The notes under the pieces are model-generated. The model was not told where the DNA came from. It did no database searches and saw only the letters and a list, made by a program, of their open reading frames with translations. From a virus (taxonomy: Duplodnaviria; Caudoviricetes), in the IMG/VR virus record IMGVR_UViG_3300014031_000005, positions 1 to 31,570 of that record: 31,570 nt of DNA. One strand, given 5' to 3'. The position numbers were made by a program, and so were the translations under genes. Shown here one piece after another: positions 1 to 8,400 of the stretch (position 1 is the first letter of the stretch; the number at the start of each line of letters is the position of its first letter).

Positions 1-1618
1 TCCTTGACGTGCGCCCCGAGTTGGGGCCGCCGTCGCCGATCCAGTTGCCGACGCTCCAGATGTTGGGCGAGCGGAAGACAAAGCCGCCACCCTCGTCCAC
101 GAAGGTCAGGAACCCCACGATGTCGGCCACGTACTTGATTCCGTCAGCGACCGGCTTCTTGTCAAAGACGCTCAGCGGGATGGCCACCAGCGGAGCAGTG
201 CCGGTCTCCTCGAAGTCTCCCCAGACCCTGCCCTTGACCAGCGCCCTGTCGTCACTAGGAGCCACCGTGGTGACCCTGGTGGCATTGCTGTACGTCCTGA
301 AGGCGTGAGTGGCCTCACGCGGCCAGTAGAAGCCGGCGTAGGCCAGCATCAGCTTGACCGCGTCGGTGTAGTCCCAGATCGCCGGTGGAGAGGTCTTGGG
401 CTCCGTATGGGTGCCACCAGGAGTCGTTGTGGTAACGGTCGTTCCAACCGCACCGGAGATCTTGAAGGACCGCACGCCGGCGCGATACCTGTAGGGCCCG
501 ATGCCCGAGTTGCACAAGTTGGTGAAGGTCAGGCGCATCTTGGTAGCACCCGCAATGGGCTTGATCGTGAAAGCGACGGTCTCCTCGTTATCGACATGGA
601 AGTGGGACACGAAGCGGATGTTGGAACCGTTCGGCGCCGAGACAGGATCGTGAGGGTTGTAGGGCACCGTCTGCCCCCCCTGCCACTTGCCGCCGGCGAA
701 CACCGAGACGTAACAGGTATAGGGGCCACCCCACACATGGAGCCGGCCACCCGAGACCTGCTGAGCCTTGAACTTGCCCTGGATGAACTCGAAGGAGTAG
801 TCCGCATCAGGACGTGCGTTACCAATCGAGAGCCAGTAGCTCTTGTCGCTGGTGTCGAAAGCGTCGGGACCGATGTGCCCATGGACGCTGCCGCCATTGC
901 CAACGTAGGGCTGGTTCGAGCTGGTCTCGTAGTGAGGCTGGACCCAGCCGGCAGAGCTCCCACCGGTGGACGTGACGACGTCGGGATTCTTCACGGCATG
1001 GGCTGCCTCGAACCACAGTGGATAGCTGGCGAAGGGCACGACAGGCGGGAAGAGGATCTGGTCCAGCAAGACGCTGCCGATGTCCCGGCAGGTGACGACA
1101 ATGACCCCGTCGTGACTGAAGTCGACGTCGTCGATGCGCCACGTGCCGCTCTGGTAAAGGTGAGGATCCACCTCTGGAGCCACACTCGCATCGAAGCCAT
1201 ACCCCTCGTAGGTACGGATGATCCGGTCGGGGACGATCCAGTCCTGCCAGCCATTGGCGGTCCTGCTCCAGCGCGAGGAGTGCGCTGTGTTACCACGCAA
1301 CGGCGAGTAGAACCCAGGCTGGTCAAGGTCGCCATTCTGCGGCGGCTCACCGATCGGCAGGGGCTCGGTGTTGTAGAGCGTCATGGTCATGGAGGCCACG
1401 CCGCTGTCCACGGTGCGATTCCATTTGACGTCCTTGAGGTTCGGCAACTCCAGTGGCATGTTGGCCTGACCAAAGGGCACGCTCGAGTACACCTGATTGC
1501 CGTAGGACAGGATCGTCAGGTCCAGCCGCTGAATCGTCGCGCGGACCATCGGCCGGTTGGTGCCGACATAGTCACCGGACAACCAAGCGTTCTGGGTGGC
1601 CGTCGTCGTGGTCCTCAC
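1..1618 (-). CDS. Baseplate hub / large minor tail protein (Tal/gp27-like) with an internal discoidin-like beta-sandwich; 3'-truncated by the window edge
   Basis: Absent from the ORF track because there is no stop in the window. Read by hand: GTG at 1618 overlaps the upstream TGA (GTGA), and the frame is open for ~539 codons (MRTTTATQNAWLSGDYVGTNRPMVRATIQRLD...GTWRIDDVDFSHDGVIVVTCRDIG...IVGFLTFVDEGGGFVFRSPNIW). Hub-like motifs and the position after tape measure and Dit-like genes support the call. Confidence 0.8.
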   Translation of the reverse strand, partial: MRTTTTATQNAWLSGDYVGTNRPMVRATIQRLDLTILSYGNQVYSSVPFGQANMPLELPNLKDVKWNRTVDSGVASMTMTLYNTEPLPIGEPPQNGDLDQPGFYSPLRGNTAHSSRWSRTANGWQDWIVPDRIIRTYEGYGFDASVAPEVDPHLYQSGTWRIDDVDFSHDGVIVVTCRDIGSVLLDQILFPPVVPFASYPLWFEAAHAVKNPDVVTSTGGSSAGWVQPHYETSSNQPYVGNGGSVHGHIGPDAFDTSDKSYWLSIGNARPDADYSFEFIQGKFKAQQVSGGRLHVWGGPYTCYVSVFAGGKWQGGQTVPYNPHDPVSAPNGSNIRFVSHFHVDNEETVAFTIKPIAGATKMRLTFTNLCNSGIGPYRYRAGVRSFKISGAVGTTVTTTTPGGTHTEPKTSPPAIWDYTDAVKLMLAYAGFYWPREATHAFRTYSNATRVTTVAPSDDRALVKGRVWGDFEETGTAPLVAIPLSVFDKKPVADGIKYVADIVGFLTFVDEGGGFVFRSPNIWSVGNWIGDGGPNSGRTSR

Positions 1619-2001
1619 GAGATCCTCCGGTAGTACAAGGTGTCCACGGTGTAGGCGAACAGCCACGGATTAGGTACGCCCGACTTCTCGACAGGTGTCG
1701 GAGAGAAATGCTGTCCGAGCACTTCATGCACCCGGCCGAAGTGATCGGTCAGCTGCAAGCGATTGGGACGGTTCACCCACGCCTCCAGTGCGTCGTACTC
1801 GGCCTTGGTACGGACCTTTCCGCTGAACGACCACACGAAGGGCTTGTCGGGGGTCCGAGCGCTGCGAACCTTGCCGTCGATCGGCGAGGTCGCCAGCGAC
1901 TTGGTCGTGTGCGGCTGAGCCATCGAGGTCATCGTGGCGGGGTTATGGCTGAAGTGAAACGTGTCCAGAGCCACTGGGTCGTAGAGTTGCCACCTGCTCA
2001 T
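1615..2001 (-). CDS. Minor tail protein, distal-tail (Dit)/tube-fold-like
   Basis: 128 aa, coupled to both neighbours (TGATG and GTGA overlaps). It is similar to the C-terminal half of the 2001-2828 protein. Confidence 0.65.
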   Translation of the reverse strand: MSRWQLYDPVALDTFHFSHNPATMTSMAQPHTTKSLATSPIDGKVRSARTPDKPFVWSFSGKVRTKAEYDALEAWVNRPNRLQLTDHFGRVHEVLGQHFSPTPVEKSGVPNPWLFAYTVDTLYYRRIS

Positions 2002-2828
2002 CAGAGTTGCACCGGACCCGCATAGATGATCGCCTTGAGCTGGTAGGTGAAGGCCCAGTCGTTGTACGCCTCAGGCATTCGGGTCCAGGCGATGCTCTCG
2101 AGCGTCACCGTCCAGGCGCGGCTGAGATGGTCGATCAGGTAGACCCGCCTGGGCATGGCCAGGAAGGTCTCCAGCGTGTCGTGGAACTCGCTTGTGCGAC
2201 AGGCGCCCTCGATGGTCCAGTCGACCCCCACAGGAGCGCCCTCGAACGTCAGTGGCTGCCCATCGGGTGCGGTGGAGTGCTCCGTAGCGAACACCCGGGC
2301 CGCGTGCGGGGCGGACATCTTGCTCGGGCTGATCGGGAAGACAAAGCTCTGCCCTCCCGAGGTCGGATCCTGCAACACCCATCTGACAACGCCCGTTTGC
2401 GTGACCAGTACCGGCGGGGAGTCCGCGGCCAGGCCCACCGGATAGGACACGGGCGGATTAGTCACGCTGAACGAGACCGTGGCGGACAGCGTAGGCGTGG
2501 TCGCGGTGATCGTATGCGACCCTGCGGTCAAAGACGGCAGCGGAATGGAGATCCCGATGACCTGACCGTCGTCGTCCAGCGTCGCGCCGAAGATCGTCGC
2601 GCCACCATCCACCGAGAAGTTGACGGGATCGGTTGGCGTCCCATTGCTGACGGTGACCTTCAGCCATGCCGGAGTGGTGAGCACAGCAGCCAGGGTCTCG
2701 ACCAGCAGTGGGGCGGTACGGACGCCACCGGCCCAGGTCACAGTGCCCGTATCGGTGTACGTGGTCGTGGCCGGGTGAACACGCACGTAGTAGACGACGC
2801 CCTCGGAGACCGGCGCCAGGACTGTCAT
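2001..2828 (-). CDS. Minor tail protein: N-terminal Ig-like domain plus C-terminal Dit-like domain
   Basis: 275 aa with an ATGA overlap. The N-half is Thr/Val-rich beta sequence (PVNFSVDG...PSLTAGSHTITAT), and the C-half is paralogous to the 128-aa protein. Confidence 0.65.
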   Translation of the reverse strand: MTVLAPVSEGVVYYVRVHPATTTYTDTGTVTWAGGVRTAPLLVETLAAVLTTPAWLKVTVSNGTPTDPVNFSVDGGATIFGATLDDDGQVIGISIPLPSLTAGSHTITATTPTLSATVSFSVTNPPVSYPVGLAADSPPVLVTQTGVVRWVLQDPTSGGQSFVFPISPSKMSAPHAARVFATEHSTAPDGQPLTFEGAPVGVDWTIEGACRTSEFHDTLETFLAMPRRVYLIDHLSRAWTVTLESIAWTRMPEAYNDWAFTYQLKAIIYAGPVQL

Positions 2829-3874
2829 GTCAGGACCACCGCAGGACCGGCAGCCACAGCGACTGCGCCGAGATCGACGGACTTGACGCGTAGCGACGTG
2901 GCAACGGTCGTTACCAGAGCACTCAGCGTGACCGCGCCGAGGGTGACCAGAGAGCTGCCATCAGTAGCGATGAAGGTCAGATCGTCGGGCCCGGCGCCGG
3001 GCGGGCCCGAGTAGAGCTCGATGGTGGCGCCATTGGTGAAGCTGCTGGTCGAGGCCAGCCAATCGGCCACCTGCGACTCGGTGAACTCATACCAGACCGA
3101 AGGAGCCGTAGGAGGCCCAGTGATCGCAACGGGCTCGGTGGCCACGAACAGCGCACTGGCGAAGTCAAGCGAGCGAGTGTCCGAGTCCGACGCGGGGGAA
3201 GGGTTGGCCAGCGTCCCGGGCTGAGCCACAGCAAGCACAATCGCCGCGGCGGCAGCCACTGTAACCGTACCCAAACTGACCACACCGGAAACAACCACAG
3301 TACCAGTGATGGTCAACGTCGAGGCAGCGCTCAGGGCAACGACAGCCGTAACGAGCGTTGCCGCGTCTGCAGACAAGCTTGAGGTTGCAGACAGGCTGAC
3401 CGTGGTGGCCGGTGCCATCGTCGGGGTCAGTGTTGAGGAAGCGACCAGAGCCACAGCGGCAGGCTTGATGACAGCCGCAGTAGCAGCCAGCGAGCTGGCT
3501 GCTGTCAGAGATACCGTAGCTGAAAGAATGCCAGACACAGCAGGAGTCAATGAGCTAGCAGCCACCAGCGCCACAGCAGCCGGGACGACATCGCTAGCGA
3601 CAGAAGTCAATGAGCTGGTAGCCACCAGCACGACGGCCGGCAGAACAGTGTCGCTGGCGGTAGTAGTCAACGAACTTGTGGCGATCAGGGCGGCGTCGCC
3701 CGTTACCGTAGTTCCGTTCGAGGAAAGAACTTCGACGTATGCCTCGACTAGGCGACGTGGCGTGTCCGTGGGGACGGCGAGCGCCTCGACGTAAGCCTCG
3801 ACCAGGCGCCGTGGGGTGTCGGTCGGGATCGCCAGCACCTCGACGTATGCCTCGACCAGGCGTGCGTCAGTCAT
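2825..3874 (-). CDS. Repeat-rich minor tail / fibre protein
   Basis: The likely start is ATG 3874 (TGATG overlap with the upstream stop). It has about three 18-aa RLVEAYVE repeats followed by about seven Ala/Ser/Thr/Val-rich ~20-aa repeats. Confidence 0.7.
   Translation of the reverse strand: MTDARLVEAYVEVLAIPTDTPRRLVEAYVEALAVPTDTPRRLVEAYVEVLSSNGTTVTGDAALIATSSLTTTASDTVLPAVVLVATSSLTSVASDVVPAAVALVAASSLTPAVSGILSATVSLTAASSLAATAAVIKPAAVALVASSTLTPTMAPATTVSLSATSSLSADAATLVTAVVALSAASTLTITGTVVVSGVVSLGTVTVAAAAAIVLAVAQPGTLANPSPASDSDTRSLDFASALFVATEPVAITGPPTAPSVWYEFTESQVADWLASTSSFTNGATIELYSGPPGAGPDDLTFIATDGSSLVTLGAVTLSALVTTVATSLRVKSVDLGAVAVAAGPAVVLT
3728..3862 (-). repeat. 54-bp tandem repeat (~2.5 copies) encoding RLVEAYVE(V/A)LA(I/V)PTDTPR
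   Basis: Directly visible in protein and DNA (tcgacgta.gcctcgac recurs at 54-bp spacing). Confidence 0.9.
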
Positions 3875-4899
3875 CAGGCGACCTCTGCGCCGAACTCCAA
3901 AGCGTTGACGTTGGTTGGGGTCCACGCAGCCGAAGTGGCTGGGTCGGTCTCACGCACCGCAGAAGAGGCTCCAAGCGCCGTGCCGAGCGTGACGGTGGCG
4001 TCGTAGTAGACTGTCGCGCCGGACTTGAGCGCAGCCTTAAGGGACGCAGCGCCGGCGTCGGACTTCAGCGCGAGGAGGTTGTCCTGCACACCGAAGACGG
4101 TCCCGGTGCCAGACAGTAGATCACCCAGGGCATAGGTGTCCCGCTGGCCCGCGGTTGCGGATGAGTTGTACGTGGTGGACACGTAAGGGGCGTCGTTGAC
4201 GTTGTCCCAGTTGCTACCTATTGATGGGGTGAACTGGGTTGAGGAGCCAGCCCCAGAGGGCAGAAGGGTCTGCACCCGCACGTCACCGAGGAAAGTGTTG
4301 TTGACCGAACCCGTGTCGTCGCAGAGGTAAAAGTCATCCCACAGCACATTGGAAGTATTCGCTAAAGCGTAACCCGCAAGTTGCACGGCATCGATGGTGG
4401 AGTTGGTGCCCGCATTCTTGGTGCCTCCGGTGAAGTTGATGACCTCAACCCCATTCACGCGAACCACGCAGGTGCCGCCGCTATCGGCAATCGTGGCTGA
4501 GACCTCGATATACACCCAACCGGCTGCAATCAACTGACCTGCACTTGAGGTCGCCAGCAAGGTTCCACTTGGGCTGCCTCGATACAGAGCTATAGCACCC
4601 GAAGCCTTAGTGATTAGCGACAGGTGCTCTGTCGTACCAGAGTCTCCAAACAGTGCAATTATTTCTTTAGTCCCATCGAGTAAAGCGGCAGGATTGAAAG
4701 CCACACCAAGGAAAATCTTGGATGAGGCTGGTATATATCGCATGACACTGCCAAAGAAAGGACCAGATGTGCTGTTTGGAGTATTCATCGAGCGACCGCT
4801 ACTAAATCTGGTCGTCGTGTTGGAGGCCACATTGCCGTGGGAGGTCCACTTCAGCGCGAAGTCTCCGACATCGAACCCATCCATGAACAACAGAGCCAT
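3874..4899 (-). CDS. Minor tail / virion protein with a concanavalin A/LamG-like beta-sandwich
   Basis: 341 aa with an AAGGAGAG RBS. The pattern MALLFMDGFD...WVYIEV...VRVNG...WDDFYLCD is typical of lectin-like phage virion proteins; it lies in the tail module. Confidence 0.7.
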   Translation of the reverse strand: MALLFMDGFDVGDFALKWTSHGNVASNTTTRFSSGRSMNTPNSTSGPFFGSVMRYIPASSKIFLGVAFNPAALLDGTKEIIALFGDSGTTEHLSLITKASGAIALYRGSPSGTLLATSSAGQLIAAGWVYIEVSATIADSGGTCVVRVNGVEVINFTGGTKNAGTNSTIDAVQLAGYALANTSNVLWDDFYLCDDTGSVNNTFLGDVRVQTLLPSGAGSSTQFTPSIGSNWDNVNDAPYVSTTYNSSATAGQRDTYALGDLLSGTGTVFGVQDNLLALKSDAGAASLKAALKSGATVYYDATVTLGTALGASSAVRETDPATSAAWTPTNVNALEFGAEVA

Positions 4900-4929
4900 G
4901 TCACTCTCCTTGGTCTGTAAACATCATGG

Positions 4930-5355
4930 TCAGGCGGTCATCGAGAAGGCGCCGGCGGCGATCACAGGCGCGCCGCCGGTCAGGACGTTGACCGCGGTAC
5001 CCAATGCGCCGTATCCGCGATAGACGCCGACCGTCGCGGCGTCGTACATCGCCACCCCGACGACCTTGGTCGCGCCGGCCGCCCAGTCAGCGGTAGCAGT
5101 AGGCCACTGAATGGCAGCGATCGCGGCCTTGACACGCGCAGCAGCGGCCGGGAAGTTGGTCAGATCAGCCACCACGGCAACCCGGGCATAGCCGGCACCT
5201 GTGACCTCCACAGCACCCGCACCGGTATCGTCCGTGGGTTCAGTGGTGAGCAGCGCGAAGTACCACGTCGTCGGGAAGGATGACGCCGAGTGGCTCAAGA
5301 TGATGTCGAGCAAGTTGTTCGCATCGGCATCAGACAGACGGCTGCTCACTGGCAT
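4930..5355 (-). CDS. Small phage tail-fibre-associated protein (Gp80-like)
   Basis: 141 aa with a GAAGGAG RBS. The pattern YFALLTTEP..GA.EVTGAGYARVAV...W..ATADW...GVAMYDAATVG is typical of this small virion family. Confidence 0.75.
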   Translation of the reverse strand: MPVSSRLSDADANNLLDIILSHSASSFPTTWYFALLTTEPTDDTGAGAVEVTGAGYARVAVVADLTNFPAAAARVKAAIAAIQWPTATADWAAGATKVVGVAMYDAATVGVYRGYGALGTAVNVLTGGAPVIAAGAFSMTA

Positions 5356-5432
5356 CGGGATCTCCTTCGGGCTCGGTTACTGGCTCGGTCAATACGGTGA
5401 TGACGACAGTGCCCAGATCGATCTGTGGCATC

Positions 5433-8400
5433 TCATACCCTTCTCGCGCTGGATCCGGCGGTCGACATAACACCCTGGCCGAGGTACTGCGTCAGGATGG
5501 CCTTGACAGCCGGTATGTCGGTTCCGTTGATGGTGATCTGCACGTTGGTGGTGAGGCCGCCGGCTGCGATGGCACGCGCCTCGTACGCCGTGGGGACCTT
5601 GATCTGGCCCAGGTTGAACTGACCCTGCAGCGAATCAGCCAGCCCCTTCAGCGCCTGGTCCACCTGGTTGAGCTCGTCGACCTGCTGACGAGTCTTGCTG
5701 TGAACGGCCGTCAGGTAGTTGTGCTGAGCGTTCAGGTAGGACAGGTATGCGCTCAGGGAGATGCGCTGCAGGTTGTAGTTGGTCGACTCGTCGGAGAACT
5801 GCTGGTCGAACGCCGTCTTCTCCGCAGCGCTCTGGGCCTGCTTCAGCGCCAGCCTGTCCTTGTTGGTGACATCGGGCAGAGCACCGCGGCTCAGATCGAA
5901 AGCAAGCTGACGCTGCGCCTCAGCGACCTTCTCCCGGGCCACCACCAGAGGGTTGGTCAGGTCCTCCCTGAGCTGGGTGGCGTCATTGGCAGCGCTCTGC
6001 TGGGCCATCGAGTAGGCGTACTGAGCGTCATGCAACGCCTTGAGCGCCGTCCAGTACTCCACCTGGTTCTTGGGCTCGCTCATCTTGTACTGGGCAACGC
6101 GCAGGTTGGTTATGGCAGCGCTCATCGGGTCGCCGGGAATCGCCTGCGCAGCCAGACGAGCCTCCTCGATCTGAGCCGCCGTGGGACCACTCGCAGCCGC
6201 AGCCTTATCCTTGGGCCAGGTGAAGTCCGACCCTCCGGGAACCGTGAGCCCGGCCGCGGTAGCCATGGTGCCCGCGATCTTCACATCGCGGGCGATCTTG
6301 TCTTGGAACGCCTTCTCTGCCGGTGTCACAGCAGTGGTGTCCCGGTTGGCGATGATCGACTGCCGTCGAGGGTCATCAGTGGCAGCGATAGCTGCGTTGG
6401 CGGCATTACCAGCGGCTATACGCAGAGCCATGAGCTGGTCCGCCAGAATCCGCCTCTCCGCGTCGATGCCGGCGTTGAAGCGAGTGATGAACGCCTTGTC
6501 TACGCCGGCCAACAGTGCAACTACCGAGTTGACGTCACCGGTCGCAGCAAACTCCCGCAGTGCCGCCGTGACAGTGCCGCGTATCTGCGCCTGTGAACGG
6601 GCGTTGTCAGACTGCATCGCGTGGATCGAGTCGACCCTGGCCTTGACGTTGCCCAGGATCGACTGGTGGTAAGCCTTGAGCGCCGTGTCGTACATCGCGG
6701 AGGCGGCGTCGATATTATCGGCATCCCCGCTCGCATTGGCGCGCTTCGTCAGCTCGGCAGTGTAAGAGGAGATCTTGCCGAGATCAGCCTCGTTCTGGAT
6801 CGGGTTGTTCGAGTGGCCGATCTGGGTGGTCAGCCGCTTGAGCTCGTCGCCTGCGCCCTTGAAGCCCGTCTGCGGGGTCAGTAGATCAGCAAGAGAGGAG
6901 TTTGGGATGTTGGCTAGCTCATCCCGCAACTGCGCCAGCGAGCTGGAAACCGAAGCGCGCACGGTGGCCAGGCGCTTGATGCCTCGATCGACATCCACAT
7001 AGTCCGCCCCAAAGTGCTGCTGGGTTGGACTAAGTTCGGCCGCCGTGGCCATGACCCCCGGCGCCAGGCTCGACAACCCATCACTCCCAGTATGGGTAGC
7101 TTGGAAAGTGCGCAACTGCTGTTCAGTCAGCTGAGCAGGGGTCATGGAAGAGCGGAGGTCCTGATTCTGCTGGACCTGAAGGCGCTGCAAAAGGCTGTCA
7201 TACATCGTCGGCTGGGCGGGGCCCCCTGGGTATAGGGGCAAGCTCTCGCCGCCAAAGACGAAGCCACCCACCCCCTCATGACTGGCCTTCAATCCAGCAT
7301 TGGCTTGGCCAGCCAAGCCCGCGGCAGTCACATAGTCATCAGCAGTCTTGGCCTTCGCATGTGCAGCAAACGCATCGGCAGCCTGTTTCTGAGCATCCTT
7401 GCTCTGGCCGGTCACCTTCCAGATCTCACCGATGGCTGCGAGACCAGCGATGATTTCGACGAAAGGAGCGATCGCAACAGCCGCACCTCCGGCAGCACCA
7501 GCCAGCGCCCCAAGCCTGGCCACAAGACTGGCAGTGCCGGCTCCGGCAGCGACAGTCTGAGCGGCCACAGCCTCGGTCGCGGCCGCTGACGTAACGGCCA
7601 GCGCCTCCTCAGCCACTGCCTGAGCCGCAATGGCCTCCGTGGCTGCAGTCGAGCTGGCGCCATCGGCAATAGTGGCGACCGTTGTAGCCACTCGCGCTGA
7701 CGCAAGGGCTGCCTGCGCCTCAGTCTCGGCTGCTATTGCAGCCGTTGCAGCCACCTGCGCTGCCGTCTGCTCAACAGAGACGGCACCAGCACCGATGCCG
7801 CCGACCTTGGTGAGCATCCCAGTGATGCCCTCGAGCCCAAAGCTGCCACCGAAGACCCGCCCGGCCACCGAAGCGAGAGCCAGGACCTCGAGGAACTGCT
7901 TGACATATCCCGGCAGGAGGGCGAAGCCACTCACGAGCGCATCTACGCCACGCAACAGTGGATCAACCAAAGTCAATGCGTCACCGAAGATGAGACCCAG
8001 CCCCGAGGTCCCCAGATCCTTGGCGAGAGTCGACCAGTCAGCACTGATCTGCTCCAGCTTGCCGGCAAAGGTTCCCAGTCGCAGCTGAGCCTGCTCAAAG
8101 GCGATGCCTACCGAGTCGGCACCCTTGGCGGCAACATCCGTCTGGGAGGGGAGGTCGGTGATCGCAGCCACCACGGCAGCACCGGCACGACCACCACCCA
8201 AGGTAGAGACAATCTTGGCTCGCTGGGTCTCCGACAGATCCTTGAACTTGGCACCGAGATCGACCAGTTCTCCACGCAGTGTTTGGTTTTGGTCGACACT
8301 GAACTCAGCAAAGATGTTCTTGAAGGCATCCGAACCCTGACGACCCAGGAACCGCTTGAGGTCACCGGCTGCCATCTCAGAGGTGTTGCCGGTGTACTGC

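Noticed and set aside
315-1350. Short minus-strand ORFs listed in the track
   Set aside because: They are off-frame within the real hub gene (1618 to the window edge).
305-1633. Long plus-strand ORFs (305-1633, 2007-3014, 5397-6596, 12156-13670, 22753-23817, 25210-26448, 26391-27611 etc.)
   Set aside because: These are antisense shadows of GC3-biased minus-strand genes, with Arg/Gly/His/Val-rich composition and no motifs or RBS.
3728-3862. 54-bp repeats as a possible CRISPR array or DGR
   Set aside because: They are in-frame coding repeats with synonymous variation; there are no unique spacers, cas genes or reverse transcriptase.
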